Part shown: positions 37,310 to 49,428 of the stretch, in pieces
Numbering within the stretch: the first letter of the stretch is position 1
Layout of the letters: each line of letters opens with the position of its first letter
NCBI RefSeq assembly: GCF_018977255.1
Contig: NW_024704743.1
Location: forward strand, 45,200,001-45,264,000
Origin: Callorhinchus milii
Taxonomy: Eukaryota
Direction of reading: 5' to 3'
DNA: 64,000 bases
The notes under the pieces: model-generated
The model's database searches: none
What the model was told of the DNA's origin: nothing
Seen by the model: only the letters and a program-made list of their open reading frames with translations
Made by a program: the position numbers and the translations under genes

Positions 37310-38520
37310 TGCATTACGGTATCCGGCATCGGACAGACACTTACCACCCAGGTCAAACCTCCGGATTCCCCGTCTCCCTTGGACATCTTTCCAACGGCTG
37401 GCGGTGAATGAAGACGGACCTCGGCGGCTGCAGGGAGGGGAGGGAGAGGGGAGGGAAGGCGAGTGAGAGAGTGTGGGGCGAGTGGGGAAGACAGGGAGAA
37501 AGCTTCACTTAATATTTCTTTCGATTACATTTTTTTTTACAAAAAAAGCAAGACGGGAGGGTTTATCAGCGCGAGCTCTCCCCCAGCCGTCGCCCGGTGG
37601 CTCAGCCCCTCTTTGGGTTTTAATTTATGATAAACAAGGAATCTACATTAACAGGCGGCGGCCGGCGGAGCCGCGGGGCGGGGGGTCCCCGGCTGAGCTG
37701 TCGGTTGGCAGCTGCCGCCGTGGAGGAGGGAAGGGGAGGGGAGGGGAGGGTAGGCCGGAGTGAGTTTCACATTCGCTCGCAGGCAGTCCGGCGTATTTTT
37801 TTTTGCGCGTTGTTGAGAGAGAGAGAGAGAGAAAGAAAGAAGGCGAGAGAGGGAGGGAGGGAGAGGGCGGGAGGAACACGGCGAGGCCGTGTCAAGTGAT
37901 TTAACTTAACGGCGGCGGCGGTTCTTCCTTCCACCTCCTCCTCCTCCCCGAACCGGGGCCGGTGTCACTTAATAAAAGACACAAATAAAATAGCGATTTG
38001 CATGCAAAGCGCTCCACCGCCGTTGCTCCTCCCTTTAATGCTGAAGTAGAAAGACACAGACACACACACACACAGGAGAGGGAAGCGACGGTGGTGCGAA
38101 GGGGAGGGAAGGCAGGGAGCCGCTCCAGACCTGCTTTAAGCTCTCATGGCGGAGGCAGGCACGGCTCGGCTCGGCTCGCGCCGCCTCAACCCCCCCTCTC
38201 GCGCTTTTAACGGTCGCCGCTCGAGTCGAGCCTCGGGGGGGGCTCGCGACCCGCTCCGAGCGAGAGTCCGGCTCGCGCACGCGCACTTCCTCTCTCCCCC
38301 CCCCACCCCCCACCACCCGACAGTCAGACCCCAAACAATGGGGAAGCCACAGAGAGGCCCTGCGACTGCGCCGCCGCCGCCGCCAGCGACTCCGAACCTT
38401 CCACACCAATCAGAACCCTCCTTCCTCCCCGGCAGCCGGGGCCGGAGCCGGACCAATCGACGGGGCCTTTGCAAACGTCAGATCGGCTGCGCTTCCAGCG
38501 AAGAGGGGTGGGGCAAGCAC
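37310..38520 (-). promoter_or_regulatory. TOP2B: TOP2B CpG-island promoter and 5' leader region
   Basis: Abrupt GC/CpG enrichment; CCAAT at 38406-38410 and 38453-38457 (inverted relative to TOP2B); NRF1-like CGCGCACGCGCA at 38274-38285; ETS-like CACTTCC at 38284-38290; CRE half-site near 38475-38480. Confidence 0.8.
37345..37386 (-). CDS. TOP2B: TOP2B first coding exon (MSKGDGESGGLTWV)
   Basis: ATG at 37386 (context aagATG), 14 codons, then GTG|gtaagt donor. The LTWV end matches the end of vertebrate TOP2B exon 1, and phase 0 joins exon 2. Confidence 0.9.
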
Positions 38521-39747
38521 CCAGGGCAAGGCTTGCCCAGCAGCGCCTGCTGCAGGGTGCTGCACTCTGAGCTGGCTGTGCCTGTTTGGGGTACCTTACT
38601 TTTTATTTTTTTAAAAAAGTGCATTCCTTTGTACAATTATAATAATCCTTGCATTTGATATGCCGCCTTGTCCGTGTGTCCGTAAGACGCTTCCATAGGA
38701 TTTTACAATGCAAATTTACATTTATGCAACAGCCCTGGCTGGGGGTCAGGAGCCAAGGGAAAGGCGATCAAAAGTATTGTCAAACAGATAGGTTTCAAAA
38801 TGGACCTCGAACGAGGGGAGGGACAACCGAGTTGGAGGAACTTTGGGATAGAGTTCCAGAGAATGGGTCAGATGAGCTGAAAGCCTATCTGTAAATTACG
38901 ATGAAGGTATTTTGTGGGGAACGCGGCAGCCAATTTGTGTCCAGCAACTTCTCACAAGCAGCCACAAAGTAAATGACCAATTCTGTCTGGAGGATTATTG
39001 GCAAGGACACTGGGACAAACTCCCTTCAAATAATGTATTCTATATCAATAATAAATTATTCATTTGTACTATACTGGTTTGTAAACATTAAGGAATGTTT
39101 TATTTCGTTTAAAAGATTAAAATAACTAATTATTTTCAACTGCATTATTTTCTTGTACCCCATCCCCAGCTTGAGTGCCCAGACAGCACTTTGAGATGTC
39201 CTCCCAGCATGAAAGGGGTGAAATACAGGTATATTGTATTACTGCATTTCCCACATGCCAATCAGATGCAGATTATAGAAAGATAACCTGATTTTGCAAA
39301 GCTTTCCAGGCACGAAATCATCCTGTGAACAATCAAGAGAATATAAATGAGAACAACTTGAATTGATATAGGACCCTTCATGTAGATAACATTAAAGTGC
39401 TTCACAGTGAAATATCCGTATTATTCAAAATATCCATATAATACTTGCATTTGATATAGTACCTTATCACATTGTTGATGTCTCAAAGCACTTCAGAGGA
39501 TATACTCGAAAGTGGATTGACTGTATTTTGTGGGCAAAACACAGCAATGTCCCACAATCAGGCATGGAGTGAGTGAACAATTTTATTTAGGGGATTGTTG
39601 GCTAGGACACTGGGAGAAACTCCCTTCTCTTTTCAAATAGTGTCATGGGATCTTTAATGTCCACCTGAACAGGTAAACAGACAATGACTCATCTGAAGGA
39701 TGACACCTCCAACACTGCAGTCCACCACCAGCATTGCATTGGGGTGT

Positions 39748-41310
39748 CAGGGTGGTCCAACCTTTTTGGTGTTGAGGGCCGGATTTCACATGTGAGAGAA
39801 CTCCACGGGCCACATAAGCAATATTTTAGTTTTTCCCTTACAGAAACAAAGAATCATATAGAAATCCTAGGTTTTAGATTGTGTAACTATTAATAAAAAT
39901 CATCTCAAATGGAAATAAATGCAACAATTTAATGTATTAAAGTCAAAACCAAGATATCAACTCAGCACATGGAGGCCCCAAGAGAGAATGCTCAACAAAA
40001 CCTAAACAGATTAATCCATAATTGCAAAACTAACAAAGGAACATAATAGAGATACTTTTGAATAATTATTTTGAATATATAATTGATTTTCATTAGTTTT
40101 CTGCAAAGGGATTATTAGTGTATCATGCAGTGGAAGGTAGTACATTCAATTACATTTTATTTCAGCAAACCTACCAAACTATTTTTACAGCAGGTCATTG
40201 ATTTTGCAACATCCATCATGATGCAGGAACACTAACTGAAATCCACCGTATTTACTGACAATTGAACTAAGTACCTTGTAAATATCCAACCCCTTTTTAG
40301 TAGTTTTCAGAGAAATTAACTCAAGTAATTCTTCATGAACTAGAGAGAATGAGAAGTATTTACATTTTTCAACAATTGTCCTGAACTTTGTATTCACGCG
40401 TTTGTTCATGTCACTTATGCTCCTTGCCAGTTTGGTGAGACAGTGGTACACTTTCAAAATTATTGGCCATATTTTTACATCATCAAATGTACGAGCCATT
40501 TTGGCCACACAATTTTTTTTTACCACTTCAAAATGACTTCTTAAACTTCACTAGCTGGAGACAGACCTTGTAAGATACAATCAGACTTGCAGTTTGAACA
40601 TTTGCAGCTTTGGTGAAAATGTGCTTCTGCATCTGGCTTTTCCAGTATATATGTTGTATTTTGCCTTGTGTCATGTATTGCACTGCCTTCTGATGTTGAA
40701 CTCCTTCAACACAGATATTACTTGCAAGCAAAGAAGGCACTGATATTTTCCATTAGAGACTGAAACATAACCAATGTGAATTCAGCCATCCAGCCTGGGC
40801 TGTTTCCCCCGACCCCCTTCTCCCTCCCCACACGTTTCCGGAGGTAAAAATAATAATAATTTGGTTACTCAATCCACAACTGTTTGTAGGACACTTCTGT
40901 GTGCAATTGGCTGCAGCATTTCACCCACAACATATACAATCAATTCACTTTACAGTATATTCTGTGAAGCGCCTTGAGACATCTCGAAAATGTGATAAGG
41001 CACTATATCAAATGCAAGGATTGTTAATATTTTCAATAAGTAATCAATTTCCCACTTCCACTGAAATGCTCTATTTTCCAATTCTATCTTCCGGTTCCTA
41101 CGGAGACTCGCATTCTGCTGGGCCTAGATTCTCCCCATGTCTCCCCAGGTTACAAGACTGGCAAGACTGGGGATCACTCTCACTCTTGGTACGCCTCATG
41201 CTGTTGCAACGCAGACTGACCACAAGTGGCGCAGCCGGGAGATAAAACTGAAGTCTGAAATGGTTTGCGAGATACATAAAATCACGAGTGCTGCCTGTTG
41301 GACCTCGCTG
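39748..41310 (-). mobile_element. Decayed hAT (Charlie/Buster/SPIN-like) DNA transposon with transposase remnants, nested in a SINE and containing another SINE (~40846-41030)
   Basis: TIR CAGGGTGGTCCAAC and imperfect GTTGGACCTCGCTG; fragments ARSISDM...KYFS and EELLELISLKTTKKGLDIY resemble GTF2IRD2/Buster transposases. Related termini at 5145-5215 and 24630-24711. Confidence 0.75.
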
Positions 41311-42381
41311 TGAATGTGATTCTAAGTCCCAAAGTGGTGCTTGAAACTACAACCTTCTGACTCCAGAGGCAAGAGTGCTACCACTGAATCAGGGAAACAC
41401 ACAGGTTGACACTGTTACAATAAGAGTGAAGACATTATAATCCATTACGATCCACCGTGTAACTCATTGTGGTATTCAATAAAAACTAGCAAACTGGTAA
41501 TTTTTGGAACAATAATATTGATTAAAGTAAATGGATACAATTGAAATATCTACATGCCCAGTACCACACTATCAATACCGCTTTCAGAACAGCCTTGTAT
41601 TTACAGTTGAGTGGGACAAACTTAATACTAGCAATATTGCTCCAATTCATTCAACTTGTTTTTAAAGTTTGTTTCAACATGAAATTCTGGGCTTAAACAT
41701 TCGTGAGAAAGGACTATGCAAATGAGCTCTTCCTAAAACAAAGAATACATTTTGTATTACACAGTGCCTTATCAAACTATATTCCAGTTTCATGAAATAA
41801 TGTAATGGCACCAAGTTATGTTAAGCAAGATAGCATTATGGAAGACACTAAACAATTAAGACAGGACCTAAATCAAGCCTAATTATTTCAGATTCACTTT
41901 CTCTTTAAACCAGAATATTTTACCAAGAGATAATATTTTAGAAGTGATGTAAATAATCTTCCATGTAAGAGGCAACATCTCAATTTGTGAATCAAACTTG
42001 TAACGCTATGCTACATTGTGTTTTCAAATTCTACCTTAGGGTCCAAGGATCCTTGTGCATGACACCACCAAGATTGAAGAGAGCAGGAGAGGATGAGATA
42101 AGAATCAAGTAATAGTTAGGTGAAGCCAATCTTATGTTTTAAGACTCAAGAATGAAAAAAGGCATGTTACCTAGATTCCGGATAACAGCTACAACCATTT
42201 CAGTGGAAATGATCTAAAGTTTTTGAAGAATCACTGGGCATTACACCAGATCATATAACAGAAAACTAGTAAAACTGTGGAAAGTAAGCTTCTCTCATAC
42301 ATATGGTATATATGAAACGTACTCCATGAAAACAAGAAAATCTCACTTTGCACATCCCTTCTATACGAGAAGTACCAGAAT

Positions 42382-42726
42382 TGTGGAGTCCTGTAACTCA
42401 ATGGTTAGAGCACTCGCAAGCAAGAGGACCGGGTTCTATTCCTGGCAGGGCAAAATGTTGGGCAAGTTTCCTTACTCCATACACCTGTTTACCTAGCAGT
42501 TAAGTAAGAACCCGATTGTTGATTGACAGATCACTTTTCCTGGGATAATCCTCAAAAAAAAATTGGTCATTCAATCCACGACTGTTTGTGGGACACTGCT
42601 GAGAGTAATTGGCTGCAGTGTTTCACCCACAAATATAGTCAACTCACTTTACAGGACATGCTGTGAAGCGCTTTGAGACGTCTAGAAGATGTGAAAAGCT
42701 CTATATCACATGCGAGGATTATTATT
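42382..42726 (+). mobile_element. Near full-length tRNA-derived Deu-type SINE
   Basis: A box taactcaatgg, B box ggttctattcc, Deu core, L2-like tail with (att)n. Confidence 0.88.
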
Positions 42727-43774
42727 CTTGTACATTCCTGTTGGCTCCAACTAACTTAACCACAAGTAGAAGGCTTGGAGCTGCAAGTCATTGATCAAGA
42801 TGCAGTTCAAGCTCTACAACTCCACACAATTAAAATTATGTTGCAAAGAAACTGAACCATTTATCCTATTAATTCTCTACAATAAGTTTTACAAACAGTT
42901 CACATCACCCTTGTTCAATATTATAAATTTTCTATTGTGCTAGCTATAATTTTTTTTAAAAAAAACCTCAAGATACCCATCTAGTTAACCCATCTCTGAA
43001 TGTGCTTTCAACAACAACTTGCATTTATATAGCACCCCTCACACAGGGTAGTGTCTCAGATCACTTTCAACCACCTTCCACTTATCCCTCCCATATGAGA
43101 CTCCACTTAGCATTTTTAAAGTACTTTGAGAAGTTCACTCTATGTAAATAGCGCTGTATAAAATAGCAAGTTGTTGTAGCAGAACATGTAAGTGCAGCTC
43201 ACATAACTTCTGCTTAATGTTGGCAAGTGTGCTTCAATTTTGTTCCCCCACCATTATTCTTCTATGAAACAATTCCCAGAGTTGTAGCTCTTCATTAAGC
43301 ATTGTTTATAATCAGCTTATCGCAATTAGAAACTCTGTGTCAGAAGGTTATGGGATCAAGCACATCAAGACACAAACGGTTTCTTACCAGTAGTCCTAGG
43401 GGAGCACAGTATTGTGCGAGATGGTGCATTTTAGATAAAACAATAAACAAAGAACCTCAATGTTTGTTCAAATCCATAATACTATTCAAAAAGTTAGTTG
43501 GTCTTGGTGTACTGGTTAATAATCTTCCAGATTAATTGGCCATTTATCGTGTAGTTGTTAGTGACTCCTTGTTGTATGCAATGATTTTCTATAAAAAGAG
43601 TGACTCCACATTACAGTAATTACCTGTGAGACACTGAGCCCTTGATAACTAATTACATGTGAAACACTTCAAGACTTATGTTTAATGTGCTATAAAAACG
43701 GCAAGTTTTCTTAATCAAGCAAGTAACAATGGCCGAAAACAGCACTTGAAATTGAACTAATTGGACAGGGCAAA

Positions 43775-44275
43775 TACAACAACTTGCATTTACATAGCTC
43801 CCTTCATCCCAGAGCACTTGCCAGTGGTGGAGTCTGACCCTGAGCCAGAGGACCGTAAGCATGATCAAAAAGGTTTTTAGGAGAGGTTTGAAAGTGCATA
43901 GGGATGGGGCCAGGTAGAGAGTTCCAGAGCTTCGGGCACAGTGGCTGAAAGAGTGGAGGGTATGCAAATCGGATAGGTAGGGAGATGCGAAGGCATGAAG
44001 GGATTTGAAAACGAGTGAGAGGATCTTGAAGTCCGATCCTTTCAGTAATTGGGAGCCAGTAGTGCATGGGAAGGACTGATGCGATGGGGGTACGGAGTTT
44101 TGTGCATGTTGGTATCCGGGCGGCAAAATTCTGAATTAATTGAATTTTGTATATTGTGGAGCTGGGGAGAACAGAGAGGAGGGCAGTTGAATAGTCCAGT
44201 CAGGAAGTGACAAAGGCGTGGACGAGGGTTTTGGCCGCTGTTGGTGTGAGGTACGGATGGAGTTGGGCAAATATA
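43775..44275 (-). mobile_element. Decayed L2 3' fragment
   Basis: HYWLPITERI, DFKILSLVFKSLHAFASPYL, KTLVHAFVTS. Confidence 0.8.
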
Positions 44276-44963
44276 CTGGAATGAGCATAAATTTTGTCAT
44301 GTAATAGAGCCAAGGCAGTATAGCAATGGATAAATAAAATTATGGCACAATTCTGCATTCTCAAACTTGTTCTGTGAGGAAATGGGCTATAGAAATAAAT
44401 ATTACATATACAAGAACACAAAATAGTAGAACTATCAACATCAAAGGGAAGAAGTGTGTATAGAGCAAGTGAAGCAGGTAGGAAGCTACATCAGTATTGA
44501 TCCAAGCAGAAGTTAGCCTTTTTAAGGGTGGGCACCTAGACAGTGCCAGAAACCAGGTGTACTGCACCATGCAAGCATGCAGTGCTAATCTGCGCGGGGG
44601 GGGGCTGAAAGAGCACTAAGATAGTTCATGGTGTAAGAGGGCAGGCAAAAGACAAAGACCATAAAAGCTCCAGCTTTTGTTGCCATTTTCTATGTTGCCA
44701 TTTTCTAAGTGGCAAAATATTTAGAAAACAAAAGGCACCTCTATTTTAAAGGGAAACTATACTAGACAACATCCGCATTAAATAGAAAGTAGATGTTGAG
44801 TATTTAAATTAACCAATTCTAAAATTCAAACCAGATTAGTTAGTTTTCCCATTAATTTTAGAGTGTGCTTCTCGAGTAGACTGGATAGATTTTCCATAGT
44901 GCAGTCAATGGGCACTCTTACATCAATGCTACAGACTATATAGTCTGACTATAGATTCCACTA

Positions 44964-45279
44964 TGTGGAGTCCTGTAGCGCAGTGGTTAGAGCACTCGCC
45001 TTGCAAGCGAGACACCTGGGTTCAATTCCAGGCAGAGGGCGAAACCTTGGGCAAGTTTCCTTACTCCACACAGAGCCCTAATAATAATCCCTCCAAAAAA
45101 CAATAATAAATTGGTCATTTTCAATCCACGACTGTTTGTGGGTCACTGCTGTGCCAATTGTCTGCCGCATTTCACCCACAAATATACAGTCAATTCACTT
45201 TACAACATATTCTGTGAAGCGCTTTGAGACGTCTAGAAAACGTGAAAAGCGCTATATCAAATGCAAGGATTATTATTAT
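44964..45279 (+). mobile_element. tRNA(Ala)-derived SINE with intact Pol III boxes and an internal deletion
   Basis: TAGCGCAGTGG A box, CTCGC-CTTGCAA-GCGAG anticodon arm (TGC), GGTTCAATTCC B box, Deu core and tail. Confidence 0.9.
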
Positions 45280-47103
45280 ATGGGAAAACAACATTGATTC
45301 AGTACATTGCTGGATTTGTATGCACCATATGGACAGACACAGTGGTAGAACCAGATTGCAGAAACTGATACAAGGGCATTCTTCTTGCACATTGAAGGAG
45401 CAAAATATGAAAAGGCAAAAATGCACAAAGGTCCCCCTGTTGTCAATTGCTTTCATCTAGTTAACTAGAAATAAAACAAAAATTCCACAAATTCAACCTA
45501 ATCAAAAAAAGAATTGTAGGATTAGTGCAAACATGCAAACTTAAAGTATTAAATGTTATAAACACTGGTGTGTGGGGAGGAGATTTACAAATAGTTCATA
45601 TGATGCATTATATTTACTCTTTAAGCTTTGTTAATTTTACAATGGTAAATATACAAATTCACAACTACAGATAAACATACATAAGCATGGTTCTGATTCA
45701 TTAAACCATTTCCCATTGTATAGAATTTAATTCAAGCATAAGATGTTCTTCCACAAATTTCACTCACAAAGTGGCATTTGATGGAAGCTAACATGTGTGA
45801 ATTGAGCCTTTACAAAAAAAGTAAAATAGCTGATTAAATGTTTTACTTGAATTACAAATTCTGAAACAAGCATTACATTCGTTTTACACTCAGTCATGCA
45901 GATAAGTCATAATAAAAGAACAAGGGATTTTCTCAGTGTACTGGCCAACAATCTTCCAGATAAATCATAACTTTATGGCAGTTTGTGAGACACTGAAGTG
46001 AGCAACTTGGTTGGCTGCCATGTCCACCTGTAAATGGTTAATATACTTACAAAAAAGCTTTGTGAAGAGACTTGACTTTCTAGGCACAATATCAAATACA
46101 AGAATTAACATTTAGAGCAGCTTCATTTGTAGCCAAATGATTTTCTTGTAAAGTCTGAGAAATAGTCAGAAATCCAGTCTCACATCTTAATAATTTAGCA
46201 TTAAACCAAAACATAAAGACATAAGCGTTTATTAGAAGCCAATTACCAAATTAATCGGCAGTATTTTGTAGAATCAGATTCTATACTTTTGCTAGAAAAC
46301 ATAATGACAAGCTTGCACAAAGGTTCCTTCATTATGTGCTAAAACCTAGGAAATGTTTGGTTCAATTCCAATATTGGCTCAGTAAGGTAGATCACAGAGC
46401 TTACTTTGTTAGTTTAATATTGTTGTCAATATCACAACCCTCATTACAGAAATGCTGTAACCTGTTACATGGTTAGATTTTAAGCTCTTCTGGGATACTC
46501 ACAATTACTGTACACAAAAGGCTCCGTTCCAGAGCATGCTAACGCAACCTGTATCTGGGCTTGTCCCAATATTCGTAAGGCTAAATATACTCAAAAATTT
46601 TGCAAAACAAGATGGCTACTGAGCACGATTTTTTTTTGCAAACTTTGACCAAGCATAGGAGACTATGTATGTTCTGGAGTTTGACTAAAAGGTCAACACT
46701 TTGCAAGTGGTCTTAGATTGATCTTAGATTTGATTCAACCCACATAGCTAAAGCCCAATATCTCCAAACTACAAAAATCTACATTCTAAAAGCAACTTTT
46801 TTCAAAATTTAATTCAACAATGATTGTATTGATACCCAAACTAAACAAGTTTAATTTGCACTCTGTCAAAAAAAAGGTAGGTGTTACTAACTTGGAAATT
46901 TTCTATCTAAATATTGCTGAATACAGTATTTTATAGCATGTGGGAACAAGTTTTTTTTCCAGAATATAGGTAGAGGAAAAACTCTAATTATGTATTATAC
47001 CAACATAGGATTATTACTGCCACAATCTTCAAAAGGTTCATAAAAATTTAGGCTGCATCCAAATGTATGGTACTGATGGAAGATTTTAGTGCAAAAATTA
47101 GTG

Positions 47104-47109
47104 TTTATT
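47104..47109 (-). terminator. Candidate NGLY1 poly(A) signal AATAAA (another candidate at 46228-46233)
   Basis: tttatt on the + strand about 90 nt past the stop; usage cannot be shown from sequence. Confidence 0.4.
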
Positions 47110-47199
47110 ATTGAACACATTAGCATAATGTAGAAATCACAAAAAATATATGTCCAGTAAATTCTAAACATCTGTTCATGCAGCTGAGAACATTCATAC

Positions 47200-47381
47200 T
47201 TAATCTAAATGTCTATAAAGAGTTATAATCATCTCTAGCGGATACTCTTGACAATCATTTAAACTTTGTCTGAAGAGCTGGGTGTGCTGCCAGGCTGTAT
47301 CTCCTTGTCCACCACTTAACTCAGCTTCTAAAATTAATTCTGTAGATCCATGAAAACTGGGAAACAAATAAGTCTCCTTAT
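47200..47381 (-). CDS. NGLY1: NGLY1 last coding exon (…[12 protein letters not shown]…HLD*)
   Basis: ttttaatag acceptor; PAW-domain WQHTQLFRQ motif; TAA at 47200-47202. Confidence 0.96.
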
Positions 47382-49250
47382 CTATTAAAAAAGGAAAAAA
47401 AGACATTTAATGATTAAAATAATGAAGTTATCCTATGGATCTCTTCCTCTCCCTCCCATCTCCCCAGAATAATTTGATCAAAGAGGAGATGATTAATACA
47501 CTAATATTGGCACCCAAGTCAGATATAGCACAGTAACTATCCTATCTGCAACACAAATGTTGAATCACTTTTTTATTTTTACATCAACCTCAGTGAGATT
47601 GCAACCTTAGTTTAAACTATACATTGAAAATGAATACATTTCATATATATGTTTTTAAAAAGTCTAACTTAAAATGGCCAAATGGGGGGGGGGGCTACGC
47701 TTAATCAATGTGAAGAGACTTTGGCTGAAAAGTGTAACTTTATGAATGTCATGTGAGGACAGGATGGGATTCAGTGGTAGTCTCCCACAGTCAAATGACC
47801 GTCATTATAAATTTGCACATGAAGAATGACCACAGATGAAACTAATGCCTATGAAACCATACTCCAACGGAGTCAGCTCTTTCAGAAGAATACGTGAAGG
47901 ATAAGTGTGGAGAAAACTAACAAACATAAGCTTCTATACCCCAGTACAACTACCACTTACAATTTGGATGCACCAGGAACCATTTAGGAAGTTCCAAGCA
48001 TTTTCACCCACTATCAACCCACAACAGGGAAGAATCACTGATAGCTACACATATTCTTAATGTGTTTTTGTTATCTACTCACACCCACTATGAATGGATA
48101 CTATCCATTCTCCTTTCACATAGGACTCTGGCACAGATTAGAGGGGGTTATTCCATCGGTCTGGACTGGACACAAAACCCAGATACAGAGCTGAAAGGAC
48201 AGTGTTCTTATCCAATGCATGATCCATTCTACACAATACATCTTGTTCAGATCTCTATTATAGTGTTTAAGGCAAATCATTTTTGCAAAGAATCGGTTTC
48301 TGCATTAGACAAATGTATGTACAGTGAATTGCAATATTTTATATCCCTTCAACCTACGCAAATTATCACATAAAAACATTATAAGAAACATTTAAGCTAC
48401 AAATGATGCTTTTTTAAAAAAGTATCAGATTTAAATTATATTTAATGAGCATTCTTTCACTAACAATGAGTTTTATTGGGATCACTATTAGCCATAGTAT
48501 ACAATCTGGAATTAATAGTTCAGCAAATGTGCACCATGGTTAATAGTTTTCTCCATATAAAAATATTAGAATTTTAACTTTTTTTAAAAAACTTGGGCAA
48601 TAGTTTGTTTTCAGTAAATTTTGTCTCTTTTTCAACCTCCCCCCACCCAGGCAAGCTTATTATTTGAATTTTATTTCTACAGACTGACTTTGCTGGCATT
48701 GAGCATGGAGACCTAAATGAGCAGCGATATGAGGCTTTCTGCCCTCTCTGCCTTTCTTCAGATCACACCTTAACTTTTCTTGACCAAGCCTTCAGTCACC
48801 TCCCTTCCAAAATGAAGTTTGATGAAACAATTTTTGATGAGTCCAATTCTCTCCTAATCCAAACTGAAAGCAAATGCCAATATTCCATAAGTAGGCTTGC
48901 AGTGATTTGGCCTTTTTTCTAATTTTCTTCAAATCAAGGAAAATGCAATGCTATTATTAAACATGGGAGGGAATTACTTTTTTTATAAAAAAACCAAAAT
49001 GTTCTTCATCTGACATACAAGGTCACCATGAACACGGCTTACTGTGTGCATTTGCATTACACAAGAAGCAACATCCACAGCTAACTCAAACCTGGACATC
49101 AGACATTTTTGTTGTCAAAGAACTTAAATTTAAAGAGCTAAAAATTTAATTAAAATCTAAAATAGGCAAGGTAAAACAAGCATTATCTGTCAAAATTAAA
49201 GTTATGAAAATCAAGCATTCGGGATGTCTATCCATAATGCAATTACATAC

Positions 49251-49428
49251 CTCCAGTTAGATCTATACTGTTTGTGTTCGAACTCAGGTGCCATCGAACT
49301 AATCCAGTCTCAAATGTCTCGCTACTGGCTCTGATAGAAACATTGTCAATCCTTAGACCCACTGAGCCACATTCAAACTTCCAGCTGACTTTGCCAGATG
49401 ATGATCCTTCGGTTCTAGCGATATATAC
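49251..49428 (-). CDS. NGLY1: NGLY1 exon 11 (VYIARTEGS...WKFECGSVGL...)
   Basis: ctgcag acceptor, G|gtatgt donor, 178 nt. Confidence 0.95.

Noticed and set aside
1943..37386. Assignment as TOP2A
   Set aside because: LTWV/TLF N-terminus, SVERVYQKK, KNKAGVSVKPFQ and adjacency to NGLY1 all indicate TOP2B.
38146..38658. 170-aa plus-strand ORF and other ORFs over the CpG island
   Set aside because: Low-complexity Arg/Pro/Gly ORFs are expected in GC-rich islands; no recognisable domain.
43011..43177. Inverted pair of short L2-type tails as a functional hairpin
   Set aside because: Short, imperfect arms from two independent tail insertions; intergenic.
44967..45040. Possible tRNA-Ala(TGC) gene
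   Set aside because: No acceptor-stem pairing, and it runs directly into the SINE body and tail seen in many copies; it is a SINE head.
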